DNA from: Camelus ferus | Lineage: Eukaryota | Assembly (NCBI RefSeq): GCF_009834535.1 | Contig: NC_045696.1 | Span: forward strand, 106,456,001-106,520,000 | DNA length: 64,000 nt | Reading direction: 5' to 3' | Part shown: one piece after another, positions 37,578 through 51,219 of the stretch | How positions within the stretch are numbered: position 1 is the first letter of the stretch | How the letters are laid out: each line of letters begins with the position of its first letter | Notes under the pieces: generated by a model | Told to the model about the DNA's origin: nothing | Database searches by the model: none | What the model saw: only the letters and a program-made list of their open reading frames with translations | Made by a program: the position numbers and the translations under genes

Positions 37578-40059
37578 AGAAATCTCTGATTCCTTTTAGC
37601 AGCCCTCTATCGTAGGGGTGGCTAAGAGATTTCATCTTACTTGGTCATTAGGTAGTAGCTGCCTTTAGCATTGAGTATTGGGGTGGTATGCCTATTAAAA
37701 CCCACCACTGTTAGACCCTCCTTTTTTTGTATCTAAATTAAATATTTTTGCTCCAAGATAGGAATTAAATACTTTTAAAGAATTTTAGTGACTTTTTTCT
37801 CCACAATATAATATCCTGCACTTAATATTAAACCAAAAGGAACCGCTGTTTACTCTCCACTCCTAATCCCTCTTCTGCTCACTTCATGTTGCTTTAGGCT
37901 GTTCTGAAGAAGATAATCCCTTTCGTCTGTACGACATGTGGATCGGATGAATGATAAGTCAGCCTGGCTTCAGCTGGACAAATGGAATTGTTCAAAGTTC
38001 TGAGGCATCAGCAGAAGCCTGAGAATTGAAAAATCAAAGAGGTTGGTCGCTGTTGAGGATCCAGAAATACGGCTGAGTGAGTGTGAGTGTCTGTGAGTGT
38101 GCGTTTACGCAAGTGTGGTCCTTGACAAGTGTCTGGGAGCTTCCGGCCACTCAGACTGAGCACAGGATGGAGGTTAGTAGGGGGGAGATCAGGGTTGTTG
38201 GAGGATTAGAGATAAAGCATTGTAAGGCACTGAACGCAGTACTCATGATGACAAGGATTCGGTAAAGAAGCAAAATAACGACAATATGTTGGTGAATCAC
38301 TGTAATTGATCCTTCAAGGTCCCACAACTGGTTGGCTGCGGAGTTGGGACCAGATGCTCTGGTTTCCTCAAAGGCAGGATTCTAACTCCAGGGCTCTCTC
38401 TAGTGAAATGCTCCAACTCTGAGAGGCCAGGAACTTTGGCAAAAATTGTGATCCTTGCCGTTGCTCACTCTGTGTAATGTCTGTGGAGGCAGGATGGGGC
38501 TGACTATCACCCAAGCAAAGAGTAAAATAATTGGGCATCCCATGGAAACACTGATTAACCCCCTTTCTTTTGGACCTTGGGGTGGATGACGGCAAAACAC
38601 CGACCAGCTCCTCGGGATTCCCGAGGGATTGTTATGGAGAAGAGTGGTGAGTCATATTTTGAGCATGTACATTATGACTTGATTCCCCCATGTCTGTCTT
38701 TGCACAGAGCCTTCAAAATATCCCTAATTTTAGGAAATCTAAGTTTGAATAGCTCAAAATTGTATAGCTGAGGACAGTTTTCTGGTCTTCTGTTTGGTAA
38801 TCCCACTTGTGTAAAATGGAATGTGAAGGGTTTTGTTTTGTTTCAGCCATTTTTAGGTTGTAATTATCAGTTTCCTGTGAGAACAAAAGTAGTCTCTCAG
38901 GTTGTCCCTCTCTGTACTGTAAATGCTGTGCCATTGGGTAAATGGTCAGTGAAGTTCAGAGGTGGCGCCTCTGAGGCTTTTCTTGGAATTCAGCCAAATG
39001 TATAAAAATTAGGCAAAGTGTTGAGTCTGCCTGATTGCTAAGGACTCTGGGTCCTTAGCTTACAGTCTTTGTGATTTACGGCAAATCCCCATGTTTTGAC
39101 TGCTGGACTTAGGCCTGGCCAAGCGAAATACCATTGCTCTGGCTATAGGAAGAAGTTTAGGGATGGATACATGACTCCAATAGTCCAATGAGTTTTATCA
39201 GGATTTTTTTTTTCTCTTACAGATAGCAGGAAAGAGAGACCTTCATTTTAGCAAGTTTGCCTAGCTGAAAGATGGCCTGTTCCTGGAAATATGAGTAGCC
39301 ATCACTGCTATCCTGTGGGGACCACCTGCCTGAGAAGCACACCAATTGCAAGGAAAGCAGAACTAAGATGTGGGCAGAAAACGGCAGTCTTGATCATATC
39401 CCTTGATCCAAGGATCCAACCTTGGCCTCATATCCTACTTACACAAGTCAAGTCCCTGTTTGTCTTAAAATTGTTCAAGTTGAGTGTTTGTTGTTTAAAT
39501 AGATCTTTTATTTGTTTCAGTCCCTTAGCCGTATTATCCCCATTCTAAAGATAAGGAAACTGAGCTTCAAAAAGGTTAAGGGCTTTGCTCAAGCTAACAC
39601 AGCTGGGCCAAGTGATGGGGCCTGGAAATGAGGTGGGATGCTCTGATTCTGTAGCTCATGTTGTTTCTGTAGTCTGATGCAGCCTCACTGAGCACGGCTA
39701 AATGAGCTGTTCAAGCTGGCCTTTGACATCCTCATGAGGACGGGCACCGGCTATCTTGTTTTCCTAGCTCTTGTGCTGACTGATGACAGATACTTCAGGC
39801 TGGCGCACTCAGGGTCGGACAGGCTAAAATTGGTTTTCGGGTGCCTGGAAACTCTGGGAATCCCTTTTTATTTAAGTTTCCTAACTTGCAGGAACTACTA
39901 ATTGGCCTGGAGCAGACCTAGTTGGCCTCCAGGCAGCCAGGCTGCTGCCGAGAAGATACAGATCCTGCAAACAGAAACACTCTCGGAAGATGCCCTCAGC
40001 TTTGAGGTACTGAGACTCCCACCTCCACTTCCCGAAACTTTGGAAAAAACAGCTGAAGT

Positions 40060-42148
40060 TGTTCAAATGTGAGATAACAGTATCTTTAATATGTAAGTAA
40101 CAAAACAGGTCAATACTCAATGCATATACAATAAGACAGGGCAACAAAAAAAATTACAAAGCACACTCTAACTACATGGAGGCTTTCAAATAATTAAGTG
40201 TTGGATAGAGAATGTGTACATTAAAAACCCAATCGAGCCACACCTCAGTGCCTCCGACCTGACCAGGGACTTTCTGGTGATGGGAGGGTGAGCTCACTGT
40301 GCCCATGGTCTTCAACTCAAATCCTGAGACCCCTTAACAATCTCCATGTCCTAGACTGCTCAGATTTCTCTACTTCCACCCCCAATTTTTTTCTTGATTT
40401 ATCTGTTCATCCTTTACCCCATCTTAGACAAAGAGTTTCGTGAGTAATTTTGTCTGATTTTGCCTAAAACCATTGCTGCCTCAGTGACCAGGGTCTCTGA
40501 GTTACTGTTTTGGTTGTTAGTGAACACAGTTCTTTTCTATTTAATGAGCCGTGATCTGGTCTTTTCCCCAGACAGAGTCTGTCCAGCTTGAAGACCCCAA
40601 TGAATATTCACCATCTCCTTGGAGGCCACTTTCACAAGCACTATTGCTGTGAGGACCTTGCCCCCTCAGATAGTAAACCAGTGGTCAGAGTCCCCCCGTG
40701 CCAGCGCTGCTCTCTGACTAGGTAGTTTTGAGAGACTGCCCTTACCTCACTGGAGGGGCTATTCTGGCCCTGGTGCTGGGGCAGGATTCTGGTGGCCTGG
40801 AAGAAGGAGGCTAGGCTCTCTGCAGCAGTGATGCAAACACAGGAAGGTGCGTGGCTGCAGAGAGCTTCCAGTTCTTGAACATCCAATGGTCCAACCACTC
40901 TAGGTGAATTTAGTGAAGGGAAGAGCAGTCTCAGGGTCACAGAGTTGACCACAGTGCCCAGTAAATGCTGCTCTCAACTAACAGTGTAGCCACGTAAGTG
41001 TGTCACCTGGAAACATTACATTACCCTCAGGCTCATTGTCACTTTTTTTTTTTTTTAAGAAATAGTCTCAGGTCCTTACTTCTTAGGACCTGCTGTGTTC
41101 CATCATGTGTTTTTTACATGGATTACACTGATTCTATCATCTATAATCAGAGTCCAGGAGACCTCAAAGGGAAAGAATTAGGATCAGTGAGCATTTCATG
41201 AAATTCAGACTTAAATGTGATTTTACGAAGTATAATATAGACAACATCAAAGCAATTATTTTTTCATTTCCTTCTATTCATGTGCAGGGGTGAGGCTAAT
41301 TCACAGAGACAGTGTATCATTTCACTAATACATATTTATTCTAACTATATTTAGAATACCAAATATATTTAGATTACAAAAAAAGAGAGAGAGAGAAAGA
41401 AAAAAATCCTTTTCTCATTCCTCTAGGGACACTTTTTGCTGTGACAGAAAGAGGACCTGCGGTGGCGAGCCCAGGAAGCTCCTGGGAGAGTACAGCTGGA
41501 ATCAGCAGATGTTAGCAGAAGTGGAAAAGGCTGCTTTCCTCAGACTGAAATCACTTTGGTCCAAGTCATGTTCAAGATCACAGTGTAAGAAAATTCAGAT
41601 AATGAGCTGGAGAGATGGGAAATATCTTTCCCTTGTCACCTTGTCTTCAGTGTTTTTATTAGAAGCCAAATTAGGGTGGGAGGGGGGCAAAATCAAGTAG
41701 CAGAAAATGATGTCTTTTGATTGATTCTGTTTTTCCTTTCCGAATTGTTCTGGGGGATGAGCTGGGAAACAGATCATCAATGGGCTGTTGGCTGGAAGGA
41801 GGAGGGATTGTCTGTCTACATTATCTAGGTGATTGATAGGAATTCAAACCACATTCTATCATCAGGTTAAAAGGTTATATTTAAAAAAAAGGAGTAAGAG
41901 GATTGGAAAATGTGGGCTATCACCTCTAACACACATCTGATAACTCAGTTGTTTTGTGATAAAACATGTAGAGACAAGAGACCAGTGGCTAAGACCATCT
42001 GGCTGCACCACAGATGAAATCAAGGCTTTCTAACTTCCAACTGCGAGTCAAAAGCAATCGGGAATCAAGGTAAAATTTCCTTGTCTTTTTGGGTGAGCTC
42101 TAATGGAAGAGGTGGTTTCTTCTGTCCATGCTGAGGTGTCTCGGAGAG
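40060..42148 (-). other. CLDN18: Probable CLDN18 3' UTR
   Basis: Follows the stop codon. Candidate minus-strand poly(A) signals: ATTAAA at 40085-40090 after a U-rich/UGUA stretch, and AATAAA at 39867-39872 and near 41655 and 41335. The true end cannot be determined. Confidence 0.45.
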
Positions 42149-42320
42149 CTACACGTAGTCATACTTGGAAGGATGAGACTGTCCCTCATCCTCTGTGCGG
42201 GCACCACCATCATATGTCTTCTTATTTTTCATGCTGGACTCAAAGCCACTGCTGGCTTTGAAGCCACTGGGCCTGTAGGCGACGTTTTGGCCCGAGGCAT
42301 GGTAAGACACGGCTTTGTAA
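42149..42320 (-). CDS. CLDN18: Claudin-18 exon 5 coding part (SYKAVSYHASGQNVAYRPSGFKASSGFESSMKNKKTYDGGARTEDEGQSHPSKYDYV*)
   Basis: 172 nt; tttctttttctttcag| acceptor; TAG stop; C-terminal YV PDZ-binding motif. Confidence 0.96.
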
Positions 42321-42362
42321 CTGAAAGAAAAAGAAACAGTCCATGACTATAGACGTATTTGG

Positions 42363-42471
42363 TAGGGGAACAAAGCACCCATTTATTCTAGGATGTCTGA
42401 CTTTAAGCACTGGAAGTCCAGTGTTCCAGGAAACCCTTAGTCCTGGGCAAACTCAGTCAGCTGCTTCCCTG
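42363..42471 (+). mobile_element. MER81, degenerate, about 40 nt from the CLDN18 exon 5 acceptor
   Basis: 'tttaagcactggaagtcc...tccaggaaacccttagtcctgggcaaac' core. Confidence 0.7.
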
Positions 42472-42809
42472 GGCTTTGGGAACACTGGATTTTCTGCCTC
42501 GGCAGTGGAGCAGAATTTCTTGCTTTGTATTAGAGCTGGTAGCTAGTGACTAGTGAGTTCCCTCTGTTAATCAATTAAGATCTGAAGCTGAACCAGAAAC
42601 AACATCCAGGGGAACATAGTGATGCCAAAGAATCGTAGAATCTGTGAGCTGGGAGGTACCGATGTGAAACCCATCCTCCCTAATCTGCTCAGAGTGTGGA
42701 TGAGGTAACACAGGCCCAGAGAGGGCAATGACAGGTAGAGGTCACAGGGCTGGTTAGCAGTAGAAACAGTGGTCCAGGTCTCCCAACCCCAGGCCCAGTT
42801 ATGGAGGCA

Positions 42810-42962
42810 AAGCGGGCTCTCCCAGCAGCAGTGTTACTACCATTCTGGAACGGGTGCATCTAGGTGGTGGGGGCCTGCCCTGTGCCTTGCAGGATGTTCA
42901 GCAGCATCCCTGGCCTCCACCTCCTGGGGTGGCACAGAATTGCTCCAAGTTGAGAACCACTG
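42810..42962 (-). mobile_element. MER20 (hAT-Charlie), internally deleted
   Basis: 'gccctgtgccttgcaggatgttcagcagcatccctggcctccac...gttgagaaccactg'. Confidence 0.8.
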
Positions 42963-43007
42963 AGTTACAAAATACTGGAGTCAGAGGGAGCCTAGAGGGC
43001 TGGTTTT

Positions 43008-43889
43008 TTTTTTTCTTTCTGTTTTTATTTTATTAAAAATTGAAGTATAGTCAGTTTACAATGCTGTGTTGATTTCTGGTGTACAGCATAGTGATTCAGT
43101 TATACATATATAAATGTTCCTTTTCATATTCTTCTTCATTATAGGCTATTACAAGGTATTGAATATAGTTCCCTGTGCTCTACAGTGGGACCCTGCTGTT
43201 TATTTTATATGCAGTAGTTAGTACCTGCAAATCCCAAACTCCCAATTTATCGCTCCACCTCCCCTTTTCCCCCTGGTAACAAGAAGTTTGTTTTCTATGT
43301 CTGTGAGTCTGCTTCTGTTTTGTAAATAAGTTCATTTGTGTCATTTTTTAAGATTCCACATATGGGTGATATATGGTATTTTTCTTTCTCTTTCTGGCTT
43401 ACTTCACTTAGAATGACAATCCCCAGGTCTGTCCATGTTGCTGCAAATAGCATTATTTTTATCCTTTTATGACTGAATAGTATTCCATTGCAAATATATA
43501 TATATATATACACACATATATATATATATATGTATACACATACCATATCTTTATCCAGTCATCTGTTGTTGGACACTTAGGTTGCTTCCATGTCTTGGCT
43601 ATTGTAAATAGTGCTGCTGAGAACATTGGGGTGCATGTATCTTTTTGAATTAGAGTTTCCTGCAGATCTATGCCCAGGAGTGAGATTGCTGGATCATGGG
43701 GTTTTTAGTTTTTTAAGGACTCTTCATACTGTTTTCCATAATGGCTGCACCAAACTACATTCCCACCAGCAGTGTAGGAGGGTTCCTTTTTCCCCACACC
43801 CTCTCCAGCATTTATCGTTTGTGGACATTTTAGTGATGGCCATTCTGACTGGTGTGAGGTGATACCTCACTGTAGTTTGATTTGCCTTT
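43008..43889 (-). mobile_element. 5'-truncated L1 (~0.9 kb) in CLDN18 intron 4, sense to the gene, with a 15-bp TSD
   Basis: TSD TAGAGGGCTGGTTTT at 42993-43007 and 43890-43904; L1 ORF2 end and 3' UTR; internal (TA)n expansion at ~43495-43540. Confidence 0.94.
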
Positions 43890-44106
43890 TAGAGGGCTGG
43901 TTTTCCCTTCAATAGGATCACTTCTAAATCTGCTCAGGCTGAAATAGTCCTATTCTGTTCTTTGCATTCCCTGTGAACGAGAAGGTACATGATCCTTTTG
44001 TCAATGAACTTCTTCCATACACCTATGCTGATCATTCTGGTTGCAAATTATATGTTAAAATGGACTTGGATCAAGCGTCTGATTGCATCAGGATGGGGAG
44101 ACTTAC

Positions 44107-44217
44107 CTAGTTTCCTCGGGCGCAAGGCCCCGGCAAGCGATGCACATCATCACGCCTCCAATTAGCGTGAGGCCTCCGGCGACCCAGCCCACAAACAGGG
44201 CTGCCCCAAAAGTGTAC
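44107..44217 (-). CDS. CLDN18: Claudin-18 exon 4 (YTFGAALFVGWVAGGLTLIGGVMMCIACRGLAPEET)
   Basis: 111 nt, read manually; cccag| acceptor and TAG|gtaagt donor; encodes TM4 and the CxxC-type juxtamembrane cysteines. Confidence 0.96.
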   Translation of the reverse strand, partial: VHFWGSPVCGLGRRRPHANWRRDDVHRLPGPCARGN

Positions 44218-45136
44218 CTGGGTGGGGAGACAGGGGCTGTGACTGTGGTTGACTCAACTCTCCAGGCTCCACCCACTGCTCCTGGCCATGCCCGTCCTCT
44301 CTGTCCTCAGTTTCGGATTCTACACCTAACTCAGCCTGCCCCAGAGCACATGCTCCTTTGAACCACAGCCAGCTGAATCAGGTGCCCTGGAGAACAGAAT
44401 TGAGACTGAAGTCAGTCAGCAAAACAGTGGTGGGATTCTTGGACCCCTAGCATCACTCAGGCATAGAATGAATTTTAAGTCTCTAATCTCGGAGAGACAT
44501 CTCAGGAAATCCCCTTTCCTCCCTAGTGGCAAAGGGGAGTGTCTTGAAGGCTTAGCAAGGGAAATTTGAGAGATATGGAATCAGTCTCAAATTATTCTTT
44601 CTGAAGGTATTTTAGTCTCTTGAGTTCTTACTGTGGGTCAAGAAACTTCCATTTTTCCTACCTCAAGTAACCCTGACCACCATCCATGCAGGTAGGAGCA
44701 TTATCTTCAGAAAGAACAAGTGTGAAGAGTTTTTCATTCGTTTCTTTACTCATTTGTTCAACAAGTATTGACTGAGCTCCTACTACATGCCTGGCACTGG
44801 GAGAGAAGGGTGAACAAGACAGACACAGAGCCCACCCTCACGGTGCTTCTGACCCAGCCCACACTGAATTCTAACCTGTGGTCATCTGACTCCAAACTGG
44901 TGCCCTTCCCCTTTGAGGGTGGCCTCTAGTGGGACTCAGTCACATCCAAACAGGATTGTCTGAGAACAAAATCTCTGAAGTTGCCTGTCCAAGGGACAGG
45001 GGTGAGTTCTAGGGAGATGGTGTGAGAGAGTGATGGTGGGCATTAGTGCTGGCTGCCAGGTGGGTGGGTGACTCCTCTGGGCGGGGGTAGTGACACTAGA
45101 CACCCAGATACTGCAGATAAGGTGGGCTCTTCTAAG

Positions 45137-45252
45137 TAGGATCTCATCCATCCAGATTTGCCTGTGACAGAAGAGTTTCCCAGGATGTGAGATTTTCAGT
45201 GCTAAAACTGGGAATGTCCCAGGAAAACCAGGATGAGTTGCTCAGCATGCTT
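45137..45252 (-). mobile_element. MER81, degenerate, in CLDN18 intron 3
   Basis: 'gtttcccaggatgtgagattttcagtgctaaaactgggaatgtcccaggaaaaccaggatgagttg'. Confidence 0.7.
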
Positions 45253-46228
45253 CTAAGTTGCCCTTGTAACCAAGAGTCCATGGAAGACCAGAGAGGAGGA
45301 GGAGGGTAGCTGGTGGGGATCATGTCTTTCCTATTCTTGAAAAGGATGGTGAGTGGAGTTCCAGGGATCCAGAGAGTGCTGGGTTTATCACGTGCTCCCA
45401 TCCTGCCTCCCATGATGGTGTTGCTGGAGAAATAACCAAGCGTATCCACACTTAGAGACACACTTAGGTACATGACACAAAGGCCACTCAGGTATAAAAT
45501 TTACATTGCTGTCCCAGAAAAAGAGCTTTCTCCTTCAGGAATTTGCTGCTGCTTCTTGCTATGAAATACATCCCTTTGAAGTGGCTAAATGAAAATGGGT
45601 ATTGGAATTGCTCTTCCATCTTTTAAAAGTTCTATCCTGCTTCAGACACCAGACGACAGTGGGGTTTTGTGTCTCTCTGCTAGACCATAACCTTCATGAG
45701 AACGGGGACCTTGTCCTTATCCCCAGAACTCAGAAGAGTTCCTGGCTTACGGCAGGGTTTTGATACATTTGTAGAATGAATGAATTGATGAATGAGAGAC
45801 CGAGCAGCTGTACAAGGAAGAAACATGACCTCGCTCACCTATACTGCACCTTGCTCACTTCTATTCAAGCTTTTCCGTGTCCCTAGCCAGGTTCCCGTCA
45901 TGGACTGGAGACGTGGGTTGATGTTCATTTACACGCTTGGGTTAATAGGGCCTGTTTCATTGCCCCCACAAAGGGGCCTGTGTAAGAGTGTTAGATAAAT
46001 ACTGTGAACTGTCGCTGTATTTCAATGCAAATGTCAGATCAGCCTCAAGTCATATCACCAAGGATAGAAGCTTATGAATTTACAGATCATTGTTGATTTA
46101 TGATATGGTGTGGTTGCCTCTGATAAATTTTTGCTATTTCAGGCGCTGACAGTAACATTAGGTGTATGTGTTTCATTGGATTTTTACAATTTTCACCACA
46201 GACTACTGAGACTAGACTAGGAGGTTAC

Positions 46229-46346
46229 CTGGTCTGAAGAGTCTGCACCATCCCACCCAGGCCGGTGTACATGCTGGCTGTAGACATCCAGAAGTTAGTA
46301 ACCAGCATGTTGGCAAACACAGACACTCCAGCGATTGCACAAAGAC
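46229..46346 (-). CDS. CLDN18: Claudin-18 exon 3 (GLCAIAGVSVFANMLVTNFWMSTASMYTGLGGMVQTLQTR)
   Basis: 118 nt, read manually from the reverse complement (absent from the ORF track); gcag| acceptor and CAG|gtaacc donor. Confidence 0.96.
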
Positions 46347-46973
46347 CTGCGGGCAAAGAACGAGAAAGCTCTGGAGTCAGCTTTAAAGGGATTGTGTTGT
46401 TTCTGAGACAATGTGTGTTGAAATGAGTTCAGATGAGTAGGCTGCATTTAGCATATCCCACTCCTGTAACAGGATGGTCAACCCAAGCACCGATTACTGA
46501 ATTCTCACTGTGAGCTAGACATTGTGTGAGGTGCTTACACTCTCTCGTCTCTCTAGCTGTGGAAGGATTTGTATGTGTGCAGAAAGAGATTTTCCATCTT
46601 GGGACCAGGGGTCAATAGTACAAATATTTGGGGCTTCGTCCTTTGATGGCATCAAGAGCTCTTCCCTTAAAGTCGTTTTCTGAAGACTCACCAAAATAAT
46701 GCCTTTAGGGATTGAGTCACATGGCTGCCTTAGAGTTGAGAATCTCTCATACTGAGACGAGGGTGGCAGGTAAGAGGGAACCTTAGTACTCATGATAAAT
46801 CTGTAGAGTGTAATTGAGCCTTAATCTCAGATCTTGAATCCCAGTGTGTGAAGCTCTGATCCATGTTCAAACCAAGCTCAGTAGGGAGAAACTGTGTTTC
46901 CTCTGCCAGAGTGATTCTGCTTGACATTCCTGGATGCGCATTTGAGAGAGGGAGCCCCTGGCTCCTTGTTTAC

Positions 46974-47138
46974 CTGCGATGATGAACATGATCCCAGAAG
47001 TCAGAGTCATGTTGGCTTTGGCGGAGTCCTCCATGCTGCCAATGCGGATGCACTTCAGGGCGAAGATGGACACTATGAGGCCAATGGCCCCCAGGACGAT
47101 GCCTACAATCATCAGGGCTCGAACTGCCTGTAGCATGG
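46974..47138 (-). CDS. CLDN18: Claudin-18 exon 2 (AMLQAVRALMIVGIVLGAIG...TSGIMFIIA)
   Basis: 165 nt with AG/GT boundaries, phase 1 to 1; TM2-TM3 sequence of CLDN18. Confidence 0.97.
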
Positions 47139-50100
47139 CTGAAGAACAAGGGCCAGACAAAGAAGACCACCTCAACATGATTGATGAGGCTTTGGTTTAA
47201 TACAACAAAGCAACCACAACTAACCAGCACCAAACTTCTGAGAAATAGCAAGTCCAATGACTGTGAACCTTGTCACTGTCAGGGGATATGAAATTGTGGA
47301 AAATGCAAAACCATCATTTGCAATCCTCTGATTAATGAAAGACATGCACACAGATGTCTGTAGAATGAGAAAATTATGGACTGTTGGATCTGGGAGTGCC
47401 AATGGAACTTAGCTATTTCATTTCCTCATTTTAAAACTTGCTAATCTGGGGTCCAAGAAGGGGAAACGGCTTGACTAAGGTAATATTAAAAATTATTGAT
47501 AGAATCTATAGTAAAACTGTGTTGCTTTGACTTTTAACCCAAACATTTTTCTTCTCTAGCTTTCCATTGGGGCTCAATGGTTCATAGAGTTGTGTCCGCT
47601 TTAGAAAAACCCAGTATTCATTTACAACATATAATGAAGCAAGGCCTCTAGGTGGTAAACCAAGAACACTGTAATTTTTGCCTCTTCCCACAGGGACTAC
47701 TAAGGTCATGGGGAGCTGTAGGCTTTGGGATATATATACATGAAGACTACTATATCGATCTCAGGCCTTTTAGCCCAATTACAGTTTATCAGCAGTTCCC
47801 TTTCCAGGAATCAATGGAAGCAATATGCCCTTCTGGGGGCTCTCCTGCAACGACTTCCTCTCCAGATATTTCCAGAGTGAATTCTAGTGCATCCTTAAAG
47901 TGCAGTGACTCACCTCAGCAGTTTCTTACTGAGGCCCCCCCTGACTAGGCATAGGGATGACAGTAATTAACAGATCAGCTGGTCTTCGCCGTCTTGGGGC
48001 TTATGCCAAAGTGGGGAAAGACTGTCATTAAACATGTCCACTACAAGCACAACGAATTTTACAAAGGAAGACAAATGCATCCTTGGGTCTTCCAGAGGGA
48101 AAGACCCTAGTGTGGGTAGTTCTGGTAAAGCGGAACTGAAGAACCATGGGAAGCAAAGCAGAAAGTGCCTAGTTGTCATTGCCAATTGCTACTTTTAATT
48201 GAAAGCTATTAGGGACTTTTCAGACATTAAAAAATTTAATCCACATACCCACCTTGCAATGTAGGGAATATTACTTCTATTTTATAATTGAAGTCATTGA
48301 TACTCAGAAGTTAAGTAACTTGCCCAAAGGAAGACATCAAGGGAAAAGCAGACCTGGGGGTCAATCCAGACTGTCTCAAAATCGTTCCTGTCCCATCATA
48401 GTACATTGCTCTGAGGTATCTTATCCTGGAAAAACAGGCTGAGTTCTAGCTGCCATCAAGGTACAGGGATCTGTAAGCTCCTAACAGAATGTATCCTCCA
48501 AACTTGGAGACTCACCATCAAATGTCATCCTCTGAAATGGATGCTAGGAATGTATAAAGGAATATTCTCCAAGTCATCTCAGGGAATTACCTGTCCCAGA
48601 AGATTATTTATAAACATGACTCTCAGGACAAGGGACCCCTGGAAGGGATTCACTCCAATCTCTTCGGGAAGATTTCCATCTCAAATATGGCCAATATCAG
48701 TGGAGCTGCCTGCTCATTCACTCTAAGGCGTGTATCACAAAGCAATTTGTCATGATGGAAGGGTTGGTAATCAATGAAAGATACCAAAAAAAGAATAGGT
48801 AGATCATGCAGAATTTGTTAAAGAGTTTCTGCAGTGTCTGAGGAATGGAGGCCCTGGCAACCTTCTCACCAGGCATCTCCCTGTGTGTAGATGACGGTAT
48901 CCAGCTACTCTGTTCTGTGCCCTTCACCTCCATTCATTTGATTCTGAATCTCTTCTCCCTAAATAAACTTCTGATTTTAACTTTGCTTCTCTGCTGGGAA
49001 GAGACTTCTATAAGTATCCACCATCAGTCTTGGTCCTATTAACAATGATATTCCCGGAAAAGTGTGTTGGCTTACGGTGTGGAGCAGTCCTCCAGGATCT
49101 GACCATTCGTTCCAGGGAGTATTGATTAACATTGGCTTCTTGGGCTCGCAGCTGAGTTCTGATGCTGGAGCCACGGTGACCCCAGTAAGGTGAAGGGAAC
49201 TCCTCATGGCCTTAGAATGGCCTTTGAACCATTCCTAATATAAGAGGGCTCTGGTGTGTTCTCCAAAGCCTTGCCGAATGGCTTTGCTGGCCTCACAGGA
49301 TATGGGAACAGACACCCCGTCCAGTCCCTAAATGCAAGCATGTGTCATCTACTTGGGTATGCATTTATGCCTTTGTGTATTCACCCAGCACATGTTAGTG
49401 TACTCTCATGTTAACATATTCATATGCTCATTCATTCATTCATCAAGTAGTATTAAGCTCAGATTTTTCTGCAAAATCCTTTGCCAGATGCTGTAGGAGG
49501 AATAAAGTTTCATGAGAAATAATCTCTGTCTTCAAGCAGCTTACACCCTGGGAAGATTATAGTTTTCATTGGAAATCCTGAACCTCAAATTTCTTTTCCC
49601 CTCAGGAGTACCTTGGCTAAAGTAATCATAGTAGAATGACTTTCTGACAGTAGCTCATAGTGTCATTCTTGTTCTCTTTAACACACACAATTAAACTGTA
49701 AGCCTGTGGTTCAGGACAGCTATGGAGAGGACATTGTGGGGCAGTCCCAGTCTTCAGGAAATACCCTCAGGGCTCTTCTGTTTTTGTATGTTGCCACACG
49801 AAAACTGGACATATGAGAGGAGGAAGGGACTTCACTTTTCTACCATCTTGTCCCCATGGGCCTCTTATGAACTTCAAATTGACTCAGGAACCTGTTAGAG
49901 GCTTTAAAAATTTCTCTTCTGCTGTTTTAAGCCATAGACCATTCAGAGGACAAAATCATTTATCCCTTTTGAGAAGCACCTGGCAAGGCATCTGGTAAAA
50001 CAACCAAAATCCAATCAACTGACCAACCAACCAAACAACCAAACAAATAGACAGTATTAACCAAGTAGTATAAAGAATGTCTCTTCCTCATTCTATAAAA

Positions 50101-51219
50101 TTACACTTATCCTAGACTCTTGGTAAGGATGGAGTCATTGAATCTCCTTCAGTTGAGTAGTTTTCCTATTTGTGCCTAAAAACAACACACATGTGCTATG
50201 GCTGAGGTACGTGGTCTTCCTTGACATTGCTGATTAGAACGGATGGGGATGTGGCAAGGGGGAGGTGAAAACACTGCGGGCTTACCGGATGTGGAGAGTT
50301 GCTCTGCCACAGGATCCCTTGGGTACTGGAGCCCTAGCCAGCCTGTCTTGCTCAGCCTTTGCCTCAGGCTGTCAGACACCCTCTTGCCCCTGCTGGGTCA
50401 GATTTGCATGACAAGGGATCCTGCTCTCTCTTGATCTCTGGATTTCTGATGAACACTAGTTCCTGCTTTGAACCAGGGGTCGACCCTGACCCTGGGCTCT
50501 TTTTTTATTTTTTAGTATCTCCATCTACCTCACTCCTACCAGTTTCTTTTAGCCTGTGATTGGACAAAGACAGAACACTGTTTTATATCTGTGAGGCCAG
50601 TGCCAGAGCCATAACTCTGGACCTGGATGGATAAACCAAGCTCTTCCCTGCTTTGGAGACCTCTTTAGGGGGCTCTTCTGGGGGTGGGAGCTGTGATGGG
50701 GGCAGCTGCCAGGAAATGAGTGGAAATGTTCTTGACTGCTCATTGTTAGAAATCCCCTATGTCTAGTAATGACCATGGAGATGCATGGTGGTGATCTGAA
50801 CTTCCTTTCCATCTGGAAGAGTCTACCACCTGGGATTCTAATCCTTCATAGATAAGTAACCAGAGGAACTGCTCGCAAAGGAGGTAGATTTCTCTTTTAG
50901 CCACTGTCTTTTATTTGATATTCTGAGCAAGAGGCATAGGCTTATCAGCTGATAACAGGTGAGTCAACAGGCTCTGTAGACAGATTCCCTACACCAAAGG
51001 TGTGACTAGAGCAGTCTTTCCAGTGATCAAAGAGGCGTTATCAGACCTAAAGGGTGGGCAGGATTCAGGGCTGACAAGCAAACAGAAAAATGGGAACTCA
51101 GTATTCCCTCCCTGTTACAAAATATCTTATTCTCCAAAAGTAGTTGTGGACTGACAGGCAAGGTGCTTTTGGGTGTAGTTTCTAACCCTGGCTGCACAGT
51201 AGCATCTAAGGGGAAACTT

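Noticed and set aside
38957..38972. CTCF-like motif (AGAGGTGGCGCC) between the convergent genes
   Set aside because: Only the 3' half of the consensus matches; cannot be supported without ChIP or conservation data.
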